A stretch of 64,000 nt of DNA from Podarcis tiliguerta (lineage: Eukaryota), in NCBI GenBank assembly GCA_965153285.1, contig OZ229116.1; one strand, 5' to 3'. Position numbers and translations under genes: made by a program. The notes below the pieces were generated by a model. That model searched no databases, was not told where the DNA came from, and saw nothing but the letters and a program-made list of their open reading frames with translations. Position 1 is the stretch's first letter, and each line of letters starts with the position of its first letter. Shown one piece after another: positions 14,052 to 27,176 of this stretch.

Positions 14052-14290
14052 AAGAATTTGGACTTGATACCCCACCTTTCACTCCCCGTAAGGAGTCTCA
14101 AAGTGGCTAACAATCTCCTTTCCTTTCCTTCCCTACAACAAACACTCTGTGATGTGTGTGAGGCTGAGAGACTTCAGAGAAGTGTGACTTGCCCAAGGTC
14201 ACCCAGCAGCTGCATGTGGAGGAGCGGGGAAGCGAACCCAGTTCACCAGATTACGAGTCCACTGCTCTTAACCACTACACCACACTGGCT
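14052..14290 (-). mobile_element. tRNA-derived SINE with L2-like tail (Squam3-like)
   Basis: Reverse complement of the AGCCAGTGTGGTGTAGTGGTTAAGAGC family seen at 15255 and 38770. Confidence 0.85.
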
Positions 14291-15254
14291 AATAGTTGTT
14301 TGTACTGACTCTTTAGTTCAACTGGTAGGGAACCTACCGTGGATGGTCAGAGCTGTAGCAGCTGAGCAACACTTGAAGGGTCATAGGTCTCCAGCCCTGT
14401 TGTGCCCAGTTTTGGTAAATCAGTTTAGCATGAATGAAAGGCCAGCGGAGGCATCAGCTCAGTGCTCAGTATAGAGAGCTTGCAAGGATTTGTTAAAATG
14501 ATGCAACAGCTGTTCCCTTGTGATTTTTTCCCAGTTAGATTAACATCCTTCCACTACTGATTATCTGACTATATTTCCTGTTGGGAGGATGCAAAAAAAA
14601 GAAAAAAAAGAAAGAAAAGAAATGTACCAGAGACTAATGTCTATATGTATGTTTTATAGCTCTCTTCGTCGGAGGATCGCAGGGCAGTTTACGGCATAAA
14701 AACACAAAAATTCATAATGACAAACAAAACATTACCCACTTTAAAAGGCCATTGATTGCTTAATTAGCCAAAAGCCTGGGAGAAGAGGGATGTTTTCGCC
14801 TGGCAGTTATCTGCTGCTGCTTGTCTCCCCTTCTTCTTTTTCTTCTGAGTGTCTGCTAACCCACATGTTTATAACAGCAAAAGTCGCACCATGGATGATT
14901 TAGCAAGGCAGAATGGGGTGAGTGTTTGTTTTAGAGAAGCACAGCAGCTGCATTTAGAAAGTACGTATTGCCTAGGGAGATAATTGGTGCGATACTTGGT
15001 TACTAAATTGGGCCCACGCAGGGATTTCACCAAATGCAAATGAGACAATGCACAATACGTATGAGTCAATGTGTGTCCTCTATGCTTTCAATGTTCAGGG
15101 GTGGAAGGTGGCTGGTGATGGAGCTGACCTTTCAAAGCAACACATTTGAAAACCACATTGTTATGATCACCAGAAGTTCCTGAGGGGCTCTTCTGAGAGA
15201 CGGGCTAGGACATTGCCTTGCTTAGATGTGTTGCTGCAGTGTGCAGCCTTTCTT

Positions 15255-15506
15255 GAGAGCCAGTGTGGTGTAGTGGTTAAGAACGGTGGATTTGTAATGT
15301 GGGGAACCGGGTTCGCGTCTCCACTCCTCCACATGCAGCTGCTGGGTGACCTTGGGCCAGTCACACTTCTCTGAGGTCTCTCAGCCTCACTCACCTCACA
15401 GAGTGTTTGTTGTGGGGGAGGAAGGGAAAGGAGAATGTTAGCCGCTTTGAGACTCCTTTGGGTAGTGTTAAAGCGGGATATGAAACCCAAACTCTTCTTC
15501 TTCTTC
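15255..15506 (+). mobile_element. tRNA-derived SINE (Squam3-like)
   Basis: A box TGGTGTAGTGG, B-box-like GGTTCGCGTC, (CTT)n tail. Confidence 0.85.
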
Positions 15507-15811
15507 TTTCTCTTCAGCAGACCTGGTCCTTGTTCTTCCCCTCAATCTAAATCTCCCCTTAACATACAATCAATACTGGTTTCTCTCATAGAAGCACAGA
15601 AAGGTTTCTTACAGGTCGTTGTTTGTTCTGTCTCACTTCTGGCAGTGGCTCTTTTGGAGCTTTAGGCAGGTTCCCCTCCCCCCCCCGCCCCCAGTCTTAT
15701 CTGAAGATCCCAGGAAACTTTTTGCAGGAAACGCATATACCCTTCCACTGAAATGCAACCTTCTTCTCATAAATAAGGAGTTTTGTAAGGAAGGGAAGAC
15801 TTCCTCTAGGG

Positions 15812-15944
15812 CAGCTGTGAGGAACCTTTGGCCCTCCAGATGTTCCTAAACTACAACTCCCATCAGCCCCAGCAAGATTCAGGGATCATGGAAGTTGTAG
15901 TTCGGCAACATATGGGGGGTGGGGCAAAAGGTTCCCCACACCTG
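15812..15944. mobile_element. Palindromic hAT MITE
   Basis: Inverted arms. Perfect TSD CTCTAGGG. Confidence 0.85.
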
Positions 15945-17319
15945 CTCTAGGGAATGCTAGGAACGAATTTTATTGTTCGTTTTTCAAATTGTGGGGCCAA
16001 ATAATAGATGATGTGCGGGTATGTGAAACAAAACTTGGAAGGCTGGATTTAGGAGTGGGGAAAGAAAGTGCTTAGCATGCTCGTTTATGTGCAGGGGTTG
16101 GTTTGCAGCTGGGGAACATCACATCATGTGATCCCCCTCCTCTATCTGCAGTTGGGGTGATTCAGCTGGCAAAACCACATGGTGGGTTTGATGCATAGAG
16201 GATGTTGAAGGCAGTCTCCACATAGCGATTGTACTGCATAGAAAGACCCTCAAGCAGCTTAAACATAGCAAGGAAACATCTAGCAGCCTTCACACACCAT
16301 TTCCAGCAATGACCAGCTTTTAGAGACCCCACAACTAGGGCATGAGGGCAACAGTCCTTCTTTGTTGTGTCTTCTCCACTGCATGACTGGTGTTCAGAGG
16401 GACTCTGTCTCTGAATATTTCGCTTTTGTGGATAATGGCCATTTAACCCAAGCCTTCAGTGGATCTGTGTCATCTCCCTTTACATTCAGCAAAGGCAGTG
16501 ACCACCACCACATCTTATGGCAACCAATTCCTTAATTGGTGGGAAAGTCTCATTTTTGCTCTCCACCAAATCTACTAACAATCAGTTTCAATGGGTGATC
16601 CTGAACTCTAGTGCTGAGTGGGAGAATGCATTCTTTCTCCCTTTCTCCCTACCAATCCCTACAATTTTATAAAGCTCTATCCTATCTCTGCTTAGTCATC
16701 TTTTTCTCCACCATGGCAGTCACATTTGCCACAAAGAAATGGGCATTACAATTTTCACGGCAGAATCATAAAAGCATGAACAATAGAAAAACACCCTGGA
16801 GCCCTTGTGTACATGTGGAGGGGAGCTGTGATCCAGTCAGGGTTCCTGCGTACGTGCATTTCTGGTAGTGTTCCTTTCATTCGTACTTCATGTATTCACT
16901 GTAGGAAACAGTGCGGACCTCTGGCGAACACAAGAGCTTCACGAAGCATGGAAGTGCTTTGAGTTTGATGTAAAGCTGTCCATTGAATGCCTAAAGCTTA
17001 GCTCATGAGAATAATGTAATTTCACCCATGCATATGTGATTACTGTGCCCCCACAATTCTAATTTATCAATAAGTATTTATAGTCTCCTACACATCCCAG
17101 GTGGGATACAAGCCAAAGATTTCAAGCAAGTGACCCAAACAGGAACAAAATCTCCCTTCATGTTTGACATGAGTAGCCTCCAAGAATGACTTCTGCTTGC
17201 TTTTTGATAGCACCCCGTTGAATTATAAGAGAGCAAGACTCATAGCTGTGTAGATTAGGACTTGATGATTGGGCAAGGCAGTTCTGAAATATACCAGCAG
17301 CTGAATTTTGCATCAGTGC

Positions 17320-17490
17320 GTAAGAACATAAAAGGCCAAAGACCCATCTAGTCCGGCTTCCTGGTCTCACAGTAGCCAACCAGATGTCTCTTGGGAAACC
17401 CAAAAGCAAGACCGGAATACAGCAGCACTCTCCCCAGCTGTGATTCCCAGCAGCTGGTATTCAGATGCATGTGGCGCCCAACACTGGGAA
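17320..17490 (-). mobile_element. CR1 LINE 3' fragment
   Basis: taagaacata...cccatctagtcc...ctcacagtagccaaccagatg resembles a squamate CR1 3' end. Confidence 0.55.
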
Positions 17491-19191
17491 GTTTACCAGT
17501 TCAGTGCGAATCCATCAATCGTGGATTCTAAAAGAATACCACTTCCCTCTTTGACCTAAGAAACCACAGTGGTCTCCTTGAGGTCCTCATTCACCAAACC
17601 ATCCCACATGAATCCTTAGAACCTTTACTCATCCGTGCTTTCCCATGCCAGCTGGAAGAGTTGCAACCTTCAAATCAGTCTGGTTCAAGCAACTTAAATC
17701 AGCCCAAACATGTCAGATACACTGAAAGGGAGAGCAAGCAAACACAAGGAATCAAATGCAACAGTTAATATAGTTTGTTGTGGCCACAGGGGAGGGGGGA
17801 CTTTTTTTTTAAGCTTGTTTGCAGACATGGGAATCCCCTAGGTTGGTATGCAGCAATTTGCAAATTAGTTCAGGCAGTTTCATTTTTTTTAATGACAAAT
17901 CAGCCTTTTAAAATACTCTCATTTTGAAACTAGAAAGACTGCTAATATAAGTGGCTGCTGGAAATTCCCCTTTTTCAGATACTCTAATTTACCGTGGTTA
18001 CTTGTTGCACTGGTTTCACTACAAAAACAAATCACTTATTAACATGATCTGCTCTGGTAAAAAAATTAAATGGGCTTCTTTCTGGTGTTTCTTTCCAACA
18101 TACTGCATTTCTTTAAAACATTGTGAGCAAAGTTAAGCACTATTAAGCCCCATTGATTACAGTGGAAAGTATGCCGGCCTGTGAATCGCTTGACTTTTGA
18201 AGTTAATGAAACTTAAAAGTACTTAACTTTGACCAGATCATAGCCTTAAAAACAACAACAGTAATAATGCTATAATAATGAACACGCGTTAAAGTACAAA
18301 GTGCAATGTGAAAGTGGGGCAGGTTTAAAATACATCATCTTAGCATATGGCAAATGTGTGTATTGAATAAAAACACATCCATCTGGACGTGCCTGTTGTC
18401 AGCCAGTTGCTGCCTGTTACCACCCACTGTTTACTCAGAAACACTCGCCCTAGTTGCTGACCCAAATCGTAAATCCAGGTTAAACAGATACATCTTCTGG
18501 CTCTTTCTCCTGTGGGTGCACAAATCAGCACAAATCAAACTAGACTTTGGTTTTAAATTAGCTAAGCAACCCAAACACCTTAGCATTAAAGCAACATCTT
18601 TTTAAACATTCAAGGCAGATACATTATCTCAGTTATGTTCAGTTAAGATGATGATAATAGTGATGATGCTGGATGCTGCTGCTGCTGATGATGATGATGA
18701 TATAATCCTTCCCACATTGATTCGGGTTCTGAGTTTGAGTTAACCTGCCCAAGACCACCCAGTTAAGTTCATGTGGCTGGAATGAAAATTGAGGTAGGGA
18801 TTTATGGACTCACTTGGGATGGGCAACTAAAGACCTACCTGGTGTCATTACCCCCCTGCTGCCCAACAACCAGAAGTTCCTAGCATAGCTCATGATCCAG
18901 TGTCACACATGCCATTCTGCACCTCAGCCAATTTTCTTAAAAGAGTATAAGGCATGGGCAAAGGGCTTTTCAATCCCCTTCCCCAGTGGTTCCATTAGAG
19001 TCCTTCCTTTACACACCTTTGCCTTTGTGCAAGCAAAAACCCAAAACATTGGTGGGAAGTTGAGGTACCTAAAGGAAGAGCTCTTCCAGGTCTCTGCTGG
19101 TGTCCACACTGGTCAAAGTGTCCTTTGGAACATAGGAGACTGTTGTCTATATGGACTCCTTGTTCTGTATAAATACCACTATAAATACCAC

Positions 19192-19433
19192 CATGGCTAG
19201 CCAACCTGCTACCCTCCAGATGTTCTGGAGTACAAGTCCCATCATCCATTGTTTCTCAATCTTGGGTCTCCAGCTGTTATTGGGCTACGACTCCCATCAG
19301 TGGTCAGGGATGATGGGAGCTGTAGTCCAACAGCAACTGGAGACCCAAGATTAGGAAACCCTGCCAGTGACCATGCTGGCTGCAGATGGTGACAGTTGTG
19401 GTCCAAAATATCTGGAAGCATTGGCTACAGCAT
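19192..19433. mobile_element. Palindromic hAT MITE with a second palindromic MITE (~19246-19363) nested in it
   Basis: Inner arms gtttctcaatcttgggtctccag / ctggagacccaagattaggaaac split an outer ctccagatgtt...aatatctggaag element. Confidence 0.6.
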
Positions 19434-19780
19434 GGACACTACGGTCCCTCTTAATGTCTCAGATTTTGGAAGTTCATCTGTGGCAGCAGCCAATGAGGCT
19501 GCTCCTTGGCCTACTTCATTTCAAATATGGCTTAAATATGGTTTAAAATCTGTTGCTGGCCAGAGGCTCTTAGGAACTGAGCAACACCTGCTCCCGTGTG
19601 CGTTCTTATTAGTCTGTATAAAATCATAAAGCACAAATGAGCATTCTTAGCAGCCTGTGAAATAACTTAGTGGTCAGATTAACGGAACTGTAGAGAACAG
19701 CAATGATCCAAAGATTTGCATGTATGATTGCTGACAGTTGCATCTTTGGGAAAGGAGGCAGGAGGCTTAATTCAACATAT

Positions 19781-20138
19781 AAAGGTAAAGGTAAAGGTAC
19801 CTCTGCCCGTACGGGCCAGTCTTGACAGACTCTAGGGTTGTGCGCCCATCTCACTCAAGAGGCTAGGGGCCAGCGCTGTCCGGAGACACTTCCGGGTCAC
19901 GTGGCCAGCGTGACAAAGCCGCATCTGGCGAGCCAGTGCAGCACACGGAAACGCCGTTTACCTTCCCGCCAGTAAGCGGTCCCTATTTATCTACTTGCAC
20001 TTAGGGGTGCTTTCGAACTGCTAGGTTGTTAGGCGCTGGGACCGAGCAACGGGAGCGCACCCCGCCACGGGGATTCGAACCACCGACCTTTCGATCGGCA
20101 AGCCCTAGGCGCTGAGGCTTTTACCCACAGCGCCACCC
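19781..20138 (-). mobile_element. Sauria SINE, second subfamily (GCCCGTACGGGC tail)
   Basis: Sauria core with a distinct 3' region. TSD TTCAACATAT. Confidence 0.92.
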
Positions 20139-21951
20139 TTCAACATATTCAACATATACCACCAAATTAATTAGCTGTTATCAAGACCAACAAAGTTGGT
20201 GATCTGCCTGGCATTCTATACGCATTTTGCCTGTTCTGTAAACACAAATGGGGGAGGCATCATCTAGTCCTTTGCCTCAAGCAGCAAAACATCTTGGACT
20301 AACCCTGCACCCCTGAAGAGGACATACAAAGATCTGTGCATCCTGATAAATACTGTACCTATTTTCAACAGGTGGTTACATGAAAATACGTTTCCATTTG
20401 GTCAGGAAGGTGAAAAGAGTTATGCTGATGCCCTCAGTGGAACTGCGTCACATTTTTTAAATTCTAGAACAGTATCCCCTTCCCTTTAGCTTTTCATTTG
20501 CAACATGCAAAGCAAGTGATGAATTTAACTTTCGGAGGTCCCGTCCGCAGTAGCTTTCCCCCCTGGTGCTTCTGCTTCTGTCTGGCAAAAGCACTTGATT
20601 CACATGATACATGCCCCGGCCTGCAGTGATGCTATCGCTTTTTCTTCTGAAATTTCTCAGACTGCTGTTAAATTTGCTGCATACTTGAGCTGTTGATCTC
20701 CATGTGATCTAGCCACCTGCGAATACTGCTGTTTTCAGTGGGGGTGGGTTTGATTCTGCAGAACTCATGTTTAGCTTCTGTGGCATAGTTATCCCAAACT
20801 ATCCTATGGCAACCTATAAGGTAATACTGCGGCTTGAGCTTTTGTAGGCACCAGATTTTTAAAAAAGAAGAGTCTTTCCTAGAGTTATCCAGTTCTGTCT
20901 TGTGAAACCGTAATGCTTCCCTCGCCTTCCTATCTCTACGGAAAATGTTTCAGACATGCATGGCTTTTAATGGGCAGAAATCTTTATCCAGTCTCCCAAA
21001 CCGAATCTAAATTTATTGTCCATGGATGTTGTTTTCTGTCTCTACAGGTGCTTGCAGTGCAGACAGTGATATAATCATCTTTATGAATGGTTAATTAGCT
21101 GCAAAGAATGAGTGTAATGTTTTGCATTTTGCTTCCATGATTAATGCCGAGCGGAGGGGGAAAGACTTGGCAGAACAAACACATCTTTTGTTGTAAGTTG
21201 TGCAGAACAATGCTGCCAGGCAGATCATTTTTTCCCCTCCTTTTAAGGTATCCGCTGTTATTCCTTGTCTAAATTAGATTCTGAAGTGCTTCCATTATAT
21301 CGCTGCCCATCTGAGTTCACAAATAGCTTTCTGTCCTTGTGAAATACGAAACACATTAGTTAATTGAATGGAATGCTTGATAGCGGACTGCAAAGAACAA
21401 ACTTGGCATTATAATAAATTCGCAGCGAGCATCAGAAACCTGAGAATCGCCTTGTTGAATCAGACTAAGGACCTTGCAGTCCAGGGATGCCGTAAACTGT
21501 GGCTCTCCGAAAGCTGGGCTCTTAATTCCATCAGTCCCAGACAACGTAGCCAGTAGAGAGGATGGGAATTTAGGGACCATAGGTTTCCATTCCTGATGTA
21601 TGCCAATGTTCTGTTTCCACAACAATGCAAACACAACACGTGGGCTAATAGTTAGCAGAAAATATATAACAGAATAATGATATCATTCAAATTACTCTAT
21701 CTAGTGAGCACTGATCCTTAGCATGAATCTTACTTACATATTCTGTTGCAAAACATTGGCTGATGAAGACTATTACGAAACGGTAGTATCATTCCGGAGA
21801 CACTGTCCTTTTGAGGCTTTTGAGACGTCTTCCGTTGAAACTTTTGAAAAACTATTGAGAGACTTTACATTTGAGACGTCTTCGGTTGATACTTTTGAAA
21901 GACTATTGTGAGACTGTCCTGTTTTGAACACACGGCTTGACGGTCCTCGCT

Positions 21952-22135
21952 TTGTTGTTGTTGTTGTTTAGTCGTTTAGTCGTGTCCGACTCTTTGTGAC
22001 CCCATGGACCAGAGCACGCCAGGCACTCCTGTCTTCCACTGCCTCCCACAGTTTGGTCAAACTCATGCTGGTAGCTTCGAGAATACTGTCCAACCATCTT
22101 GTCCTCTGTCGTCCCCTTCTCCTTGTGCCCTCAAT
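21952..22135 (-). mobile_element. BovB (RTE) LINE 3' end
   Basis: (CAA)n tail plus gtcgtgtccgactctttgtgaccccatggac, the typical BovB 3' terminus. Confidence 0.88.
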
Positions 22136-22188
22136 CGCTACCACTCTGTTATATTGTATATATAAACTTTGATTGGCTTGCTCCTATA

Positions 22189-22413
22189 CAGTGGTACCTC
22201 AGGTTACATACCCTTCAGGTTACAGACTCTGCTACCCCAGAAATAGTGCTTCAGGTTAAGAACTTTGCTTCAGGATGAGAACAGAAATCATGCTCTGGCG
22301 GCGCGGCAGCAGCAGAAGGCCCCATTAACTAAGGTGGTCTTCAAGTTAAGAACAGTTTCAGGTTAAGTACGGAACTCTGGAACGAATTCAGTACTTAACC
22401 TGAGGTACCACTG
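22189..22413. mobile_element. Tigger/pogo-like MITE
   Basis: TIRs and TA TSD. Confidence 0.92.
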
Positions 22414-23510
22414 TAATTTGAATGATAACATTATTCTATTATATATTTGCTACTAACTATTAGCCTACGTGTTGTGTTTGCATTGTTGTGATTAGTACTT
22501 ATTGCAACACAGTGGTTTGTTTTTGGTTCAGTATTCTGTTTTCAACAGTGGCCAATGAAAGAGAGTAGTAATAATAAAATGCAGAATACCTCTCAAGGCT
22601 GGAGCAGAGGTGAGGTGGGTGGGAGATCTAGCTGCAGAATGGAACTCCTGAATCTTGTCTGTTTTCTGCATTTTATATAAACCTACACACAAAATAACCC
22701 CTTTTGAAAATAGCCCCAGACTCACTTGATCAAAATTTGCTTTCTCCTGGGCCTGACTTGGATCACAAGACTCCAGCTGGCCTTTTCTGAGATACACATC
22801 CAGGTATGTGTTTGTCTTTATATAGAGTATACAATATATATTGTATACTATATAAATCAATGCAGTGGATTAGCGCCCATTATAAATTACGCATTCACAA
22901 GAGAGAGAGAGAGAACAAGAACAAGGTACTAAGGTTAAAGATAAAGGAATTAGCTATGCAGACTTGAAGCACTTAGTGCGTGAAATCATCTTGATGGATG
23001 GCTCGAAATTGTAAAGTTGTGTTTGTTCATGTAGTACAGAAACCGCATCTGACACTATGTTGATATACATGCCATATATCTATTTCTTTAATTGCTGGGT
23101 TTTGAGCTATTCTTGGTTCTTTGTGTCTCGCCTTCTTTTTGATCCGATATCTAGTATTAATCATTTATTCACGGTGGTAGAAGCCAGACAAATGAGATAA
23201 ATTATGCCGTGTTCTCTCGACAGGATAATTAAAGTCAACTGAAAGATCACAATGGCAGGTTTAGATAATATTATATGTATCCACCCCTGATTTGTCTCGC
23301 CAAGGACCCCATTTCACAGTATTAAGCACAGCTAGCCTTTTTTGTCCAGCTTTGTAAAGGCCTAGTAGGGGGACACATGGTTAGAAAAGAGGAAATTCAT
23401 CAATGAAAAAAGAGGACATAGGTTGGCATAACATTTAAATATGAGGAATATCCTCCATAAAGTATAATTGGCCATTCTACGGCCTAGCTTAGGGCCATTC
23501 ATTAAGAGTC

Positions 23511-23720
23511 CAGGTCCCTCACACCTTGTGGGGGCCGGACTATTTTTTTTGGGGGGGGGTATGAATTCCTATGCCCCACAAATAACCCAGAGATGCATTT
23601 TAAATAAAAAGACACATTCTACTCATGTAAAAACACGCTGATTCCCGGACCGTCCGCAGGCTGGACTGAGAAGGCGATTGGGCCGGATCCGGCCCCCGGG
23701 CCTTAGTTTGCCTACCCATG
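23511..23720 (-). mobile_element. hAT-Charlie-like MITE, one end deleted
   Basis: Reverse-orientation copy of 24684-24941. Ends GTTTGCCTACCCATG. Confidence 0.8.
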
Positions 23721-24267
23721 ATTAAGATGGTCAGTGCTATTCCAACTTTTTAAGAAGCAGAGGCACTTATATTCATAGAGAAGGTAGTCTCTCGTACAGA
23801 ACTTTCCTCATCCATGCATGCCTTAGTGCAGTTAGGTAATTTTAGACTTTTGACTTCACAGCCTTACACTCATCCTTCTCTACATTGCAATGTCTCACCT
23901 CACATACTTCATTATGTGGTAAGCCAACTCTGCTCCATTTGGGGGCCTTGCTTCTCATTCTGCTGGGCATCAACACCAAAGTCCTGCTCTGGCAACATCT
24001 CTATATGTATGCATTGAGTAATGTAGATAGCATCTGTGGATATGCTGCCTTTCAGTGCAGTTGGTGTTAGCTTGCCTCTATTTTCTGTCTGTCTCACTTT
24101 CACCTTTTTCTCCATACTTTGGTTCTGCTTCTGCATTAATCTGCAGGGGGTGAAATATCAAAGTATGTATTTACATACTATTTTAAAATGTGTTTAAGTA
24201 TGTTAAACACACACACACATTTTGACATGTATAAACTGTTGAGAACTGCACCACAACATTCAAAGTA

Positions 24268-24485
24268 CAGTGGTACCTCTGGTTATGAACTTAATTCATT
24301 CCAGAGGTCCGTTCTTAAGCTGAAACCGTTCTTAACCTGAGATACCACTTTAGCTAATGGGGCCTCCTGCTGCCGCCACACCACCGGAACACGATTTATG
24401 TTCTCATCCTGAAGCAAAGTTCTTAACACGAGGTACTACTTCCGGGTTAGCGGAGTCTGTAACCCAAAGTGTTTGTAACCCAGGT
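24268..24485. mobile_element. Tigger/pogo-like MITE lacking its terminal bases
   Basis: One intact TIR with TA. The other end is cut at aacccaggt. Confidence 0.85.
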
Positions 24486-24675
24486 CGGAGGAGCACCGGA
24501 AATAGCTTGTGCGCATGCTCGTTATTTCCAGTGCACATCCGGGGCAGAAGAGGCCCATGCACATGCACACAGGCTATTTCCGGTGCTCCTCCGACTCGGA
24601 AGGGCATGCGCTCCCCCGCCGTGTGATTGGCGCTGGAGACACCGGTCCAAGGCGTAGTAAGTTTGCTGACCCCTG
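24484..24675. mobile_element. One end of a hAT-Charlie-like element with an internal inverted repeat
   Basis: Ends GTTTGCTGACCCCTG. Internal arms gtcggaggagcaccggaaatagc / gctatttccggtgctcctccgac. Confidence 0.65.
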
Positions 24676-24683
24676 AATTAGAA

Positions 24684-24941
24684 CATGGGTAGGCAAACTA
24701 AAGCCAGGGGGTCAGATCTGGCCCAATCGCCTTCTAAATCTGGCCCGCGGACGGTCCAGGAATCAGCATGTTTTTACATGAGTAGAATGTGTGCTTTTAT
24801 TTAAAATGCATCTCTGGGTTATTTGTGGGGCATAGGAATTTGTTCATTTCCCCCCCCCCAAAAAAAAAATATAGTCTGGCCCCCCACAAGGTCTGAGGTA
24901 CGGTGGGCTGGCCCACAGCTGAAAAGGGTTGCTGACCCCCG
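24684..24941 (+). mobile_element. hAT-Charlie-like MITE
   Basis: Ends CATGGGTAGGCAAAC / GGTTGCTGACCCCCG. TSD AATTAGAA/AGTTAGAA (7/8). Confidence 0.85.
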
Positions 24942-25444
24942 AGTTAGAACGTACAGGCATCTGGAAGTGAATCCACGAAGAGGTTATCTCTAATCTGCTC
25001 TGTTCCTAAGTGGCAGGTGGGGAAAGATCAATCAGGGTTTCAAATTACCCTTTCCAATTAGGTTGGCACATAAGGCAAACCGCAGGTTACAAGGTTAAGC
25101 AGGTACAGAACAGGCAAGATTATGCGGCTAAGTGCTAGCTCAGACAGAGCTCCAACAAGCGCCACACCCTCTGTACTTTCCTTTTGAAGTTCAGGGTAGG
25201 CATCAGCTATTTGCATAGCAAGCGTCTGGAATCCTGGGCAATCAGGTGCGCACTCCTTCAAGTGCAGGGGTTTGTTTGTGCCACCACTTGGAGATGAGGG
25301 TGGAGTGAGAGCCAGCTTGCTATCAGACATGCTGCACTAAATAATAAGCACTTATTTAGGTCTTACCTGTTGAGGAAGGCTCTTTGGTGACAGGAGGTAC
25401 CTCTGGAATTCCAGCCCGTGGGGTGCTTCCCTAGGATCAGGAGA

Positions 25445-25720
25445 ATAAAAACGTCTTCAGCTGATGCCAGAAGGACAACAGTGTTAATGCCAGGTAGGCC
25501 TCTTTGGGGAAAGGAATTCCACAAATGGGGCACCACCACTGAGAAGGCCCTGTCTCTGATCACCTCACCTCATCTCAGATGGGAGGGTCACATGGAAGAG
25601 AGTTTCTGAAGAGGACCTTGGCACATCTGTAGGTTGGTACAGGAGCAGGCATCCTAAGGGTACCTGGGTCCTAAGCCGTATAGGACTTTAAACAGAAGCA
25701 TCAGCTCATTGAATTTTGCT
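25445..25720 (-). mobile_element. L2 LINE 3' fragment
   Basis: The minus-strand translation RAFSVVVPHLWNSFP matches the L2/CR1 RT C-terminal RAFS..P.LWN.LP motif. Confidence 0.7.
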
Positions 25721-26826
25721 GGATCATGAGTGATAGGTTCCTACTGACACGGGTGCCTGCCTTATTATTCCTCGTTGGATCTGTGGATCCTTCTAACTCA
25801 GTATTGTCTCCATTGACTGGCAATGGCTTTTCAGAGTTTCATACAGGATCTTTCCCAAGCCCTACTTTGGAAAATGCCAGGCACTGAACCTGGGACCTTT
25901 TGCAAGCTAAGCACATGCTCTATGACCACTGAGCCTGAAGGAAGCACCACAGAACAAATATTCTGGCTGCAATCTTAAATTTGCTCACAAGGGCGTAGGC
26001 CTCTTTGAATTCAGCGGGACTTGCTCCTGGTTGCTTAGGGTAGCACTGTCAAATGCTCGTGTTCACGTACATGTAATGACTAGTTTTTGTTCTTGTGAAT
26101 TTATTCTGTTTTCCAGCTACATTAATTAATCAGAAGGAAGCCTGTCTAAAGCTTACAGGGTTGTAGTTGGCTGATTGTGCTTCTTCTTGTTGTTGTTTTA
26201 AGAAGCAAAGGATAACAAATGTCTTTGCAGTGAAACTAAAATTGCATTTGTAGGCTTAAAACCTGCATACAACCAATCCAAATAGTAAGGTGTGTGGAGG
26301 TATCGCTGTGCCTGATGCAACAGCCTGGTCATTCAGCTGTTTCACTCCAGGCTATATAATTGTCAGAACAAATTTGGGGGATGCTCACGAGCCAAGTGAG
26401 CAACTTTGCTTTTCCACGGAGGTTGCACCAGTAACTTGGCAGGATTTGATGTTAAAAGATGTAAGATTAAAAGTGCATTTGCCCCCTTGAAGCCAAAGGA
26501 GCAGCACAGGCCACAAGCTAAATAATTAAATAGTAAAGCTTCAGATGTAGATTGTGCCAGTTTTTAAGGGATGGGGAGAGTAGGAAGGATGAATATATTA
26601 ATAATGAGCACGTATTTAGTTCATATGATATTTATATAGTTCTATAGAGCATCCAAAGCACTTCACATACATTTCGCACAATCCTCAGAATATTGTTGTT
26701 GTTGTAGGTTAGGCTCAGAGATGGTGACTGGCCCAAGGTTATCCAGTGAGCTTCGTGGCTGAACCCTGGTCTCCCAGGTCATTGTCCAACAGCTTAACTT
26801 TTACACCACACTATGAATTAGGTTGA

Positions 26827-27176
26827 GGGACGCGGGTGGCGCTGTGGGTTAAACCACAGAGCCTAGGACTTGCCGATCAGAAGGTCGGCGGTTCGAATCC
26901 CTGCGACGGGGTGAGCTCCCGTTGCTTGGTCCCTGCTCCTGCCAATCTAGCAGTTCGAAAGCACGTCAAAGTGCAAGTGGATAAATAGGTACCGCTCCAG
27001 CGGGAAGGTAAACGGCGTTTCCGTGCGCTGCTCTGGTTCGCCAGAAGCAGCTTAGTCATGCTGGCCACATGACCTGGAAGCTGTACACCGGCTCCCTTGG
27101 CCAATGAAGCAAGATGAGTGCAGCAACCCCAGAATCGGCCACAACTAGACCTAAAGGTCAGAGGTCCCTTTACCTT
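26827..27176 (+). mobile_element. Sauria SINE
   Basis: Full length. TSD TATGAATTAGGTTG. Confidence 0.95.
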
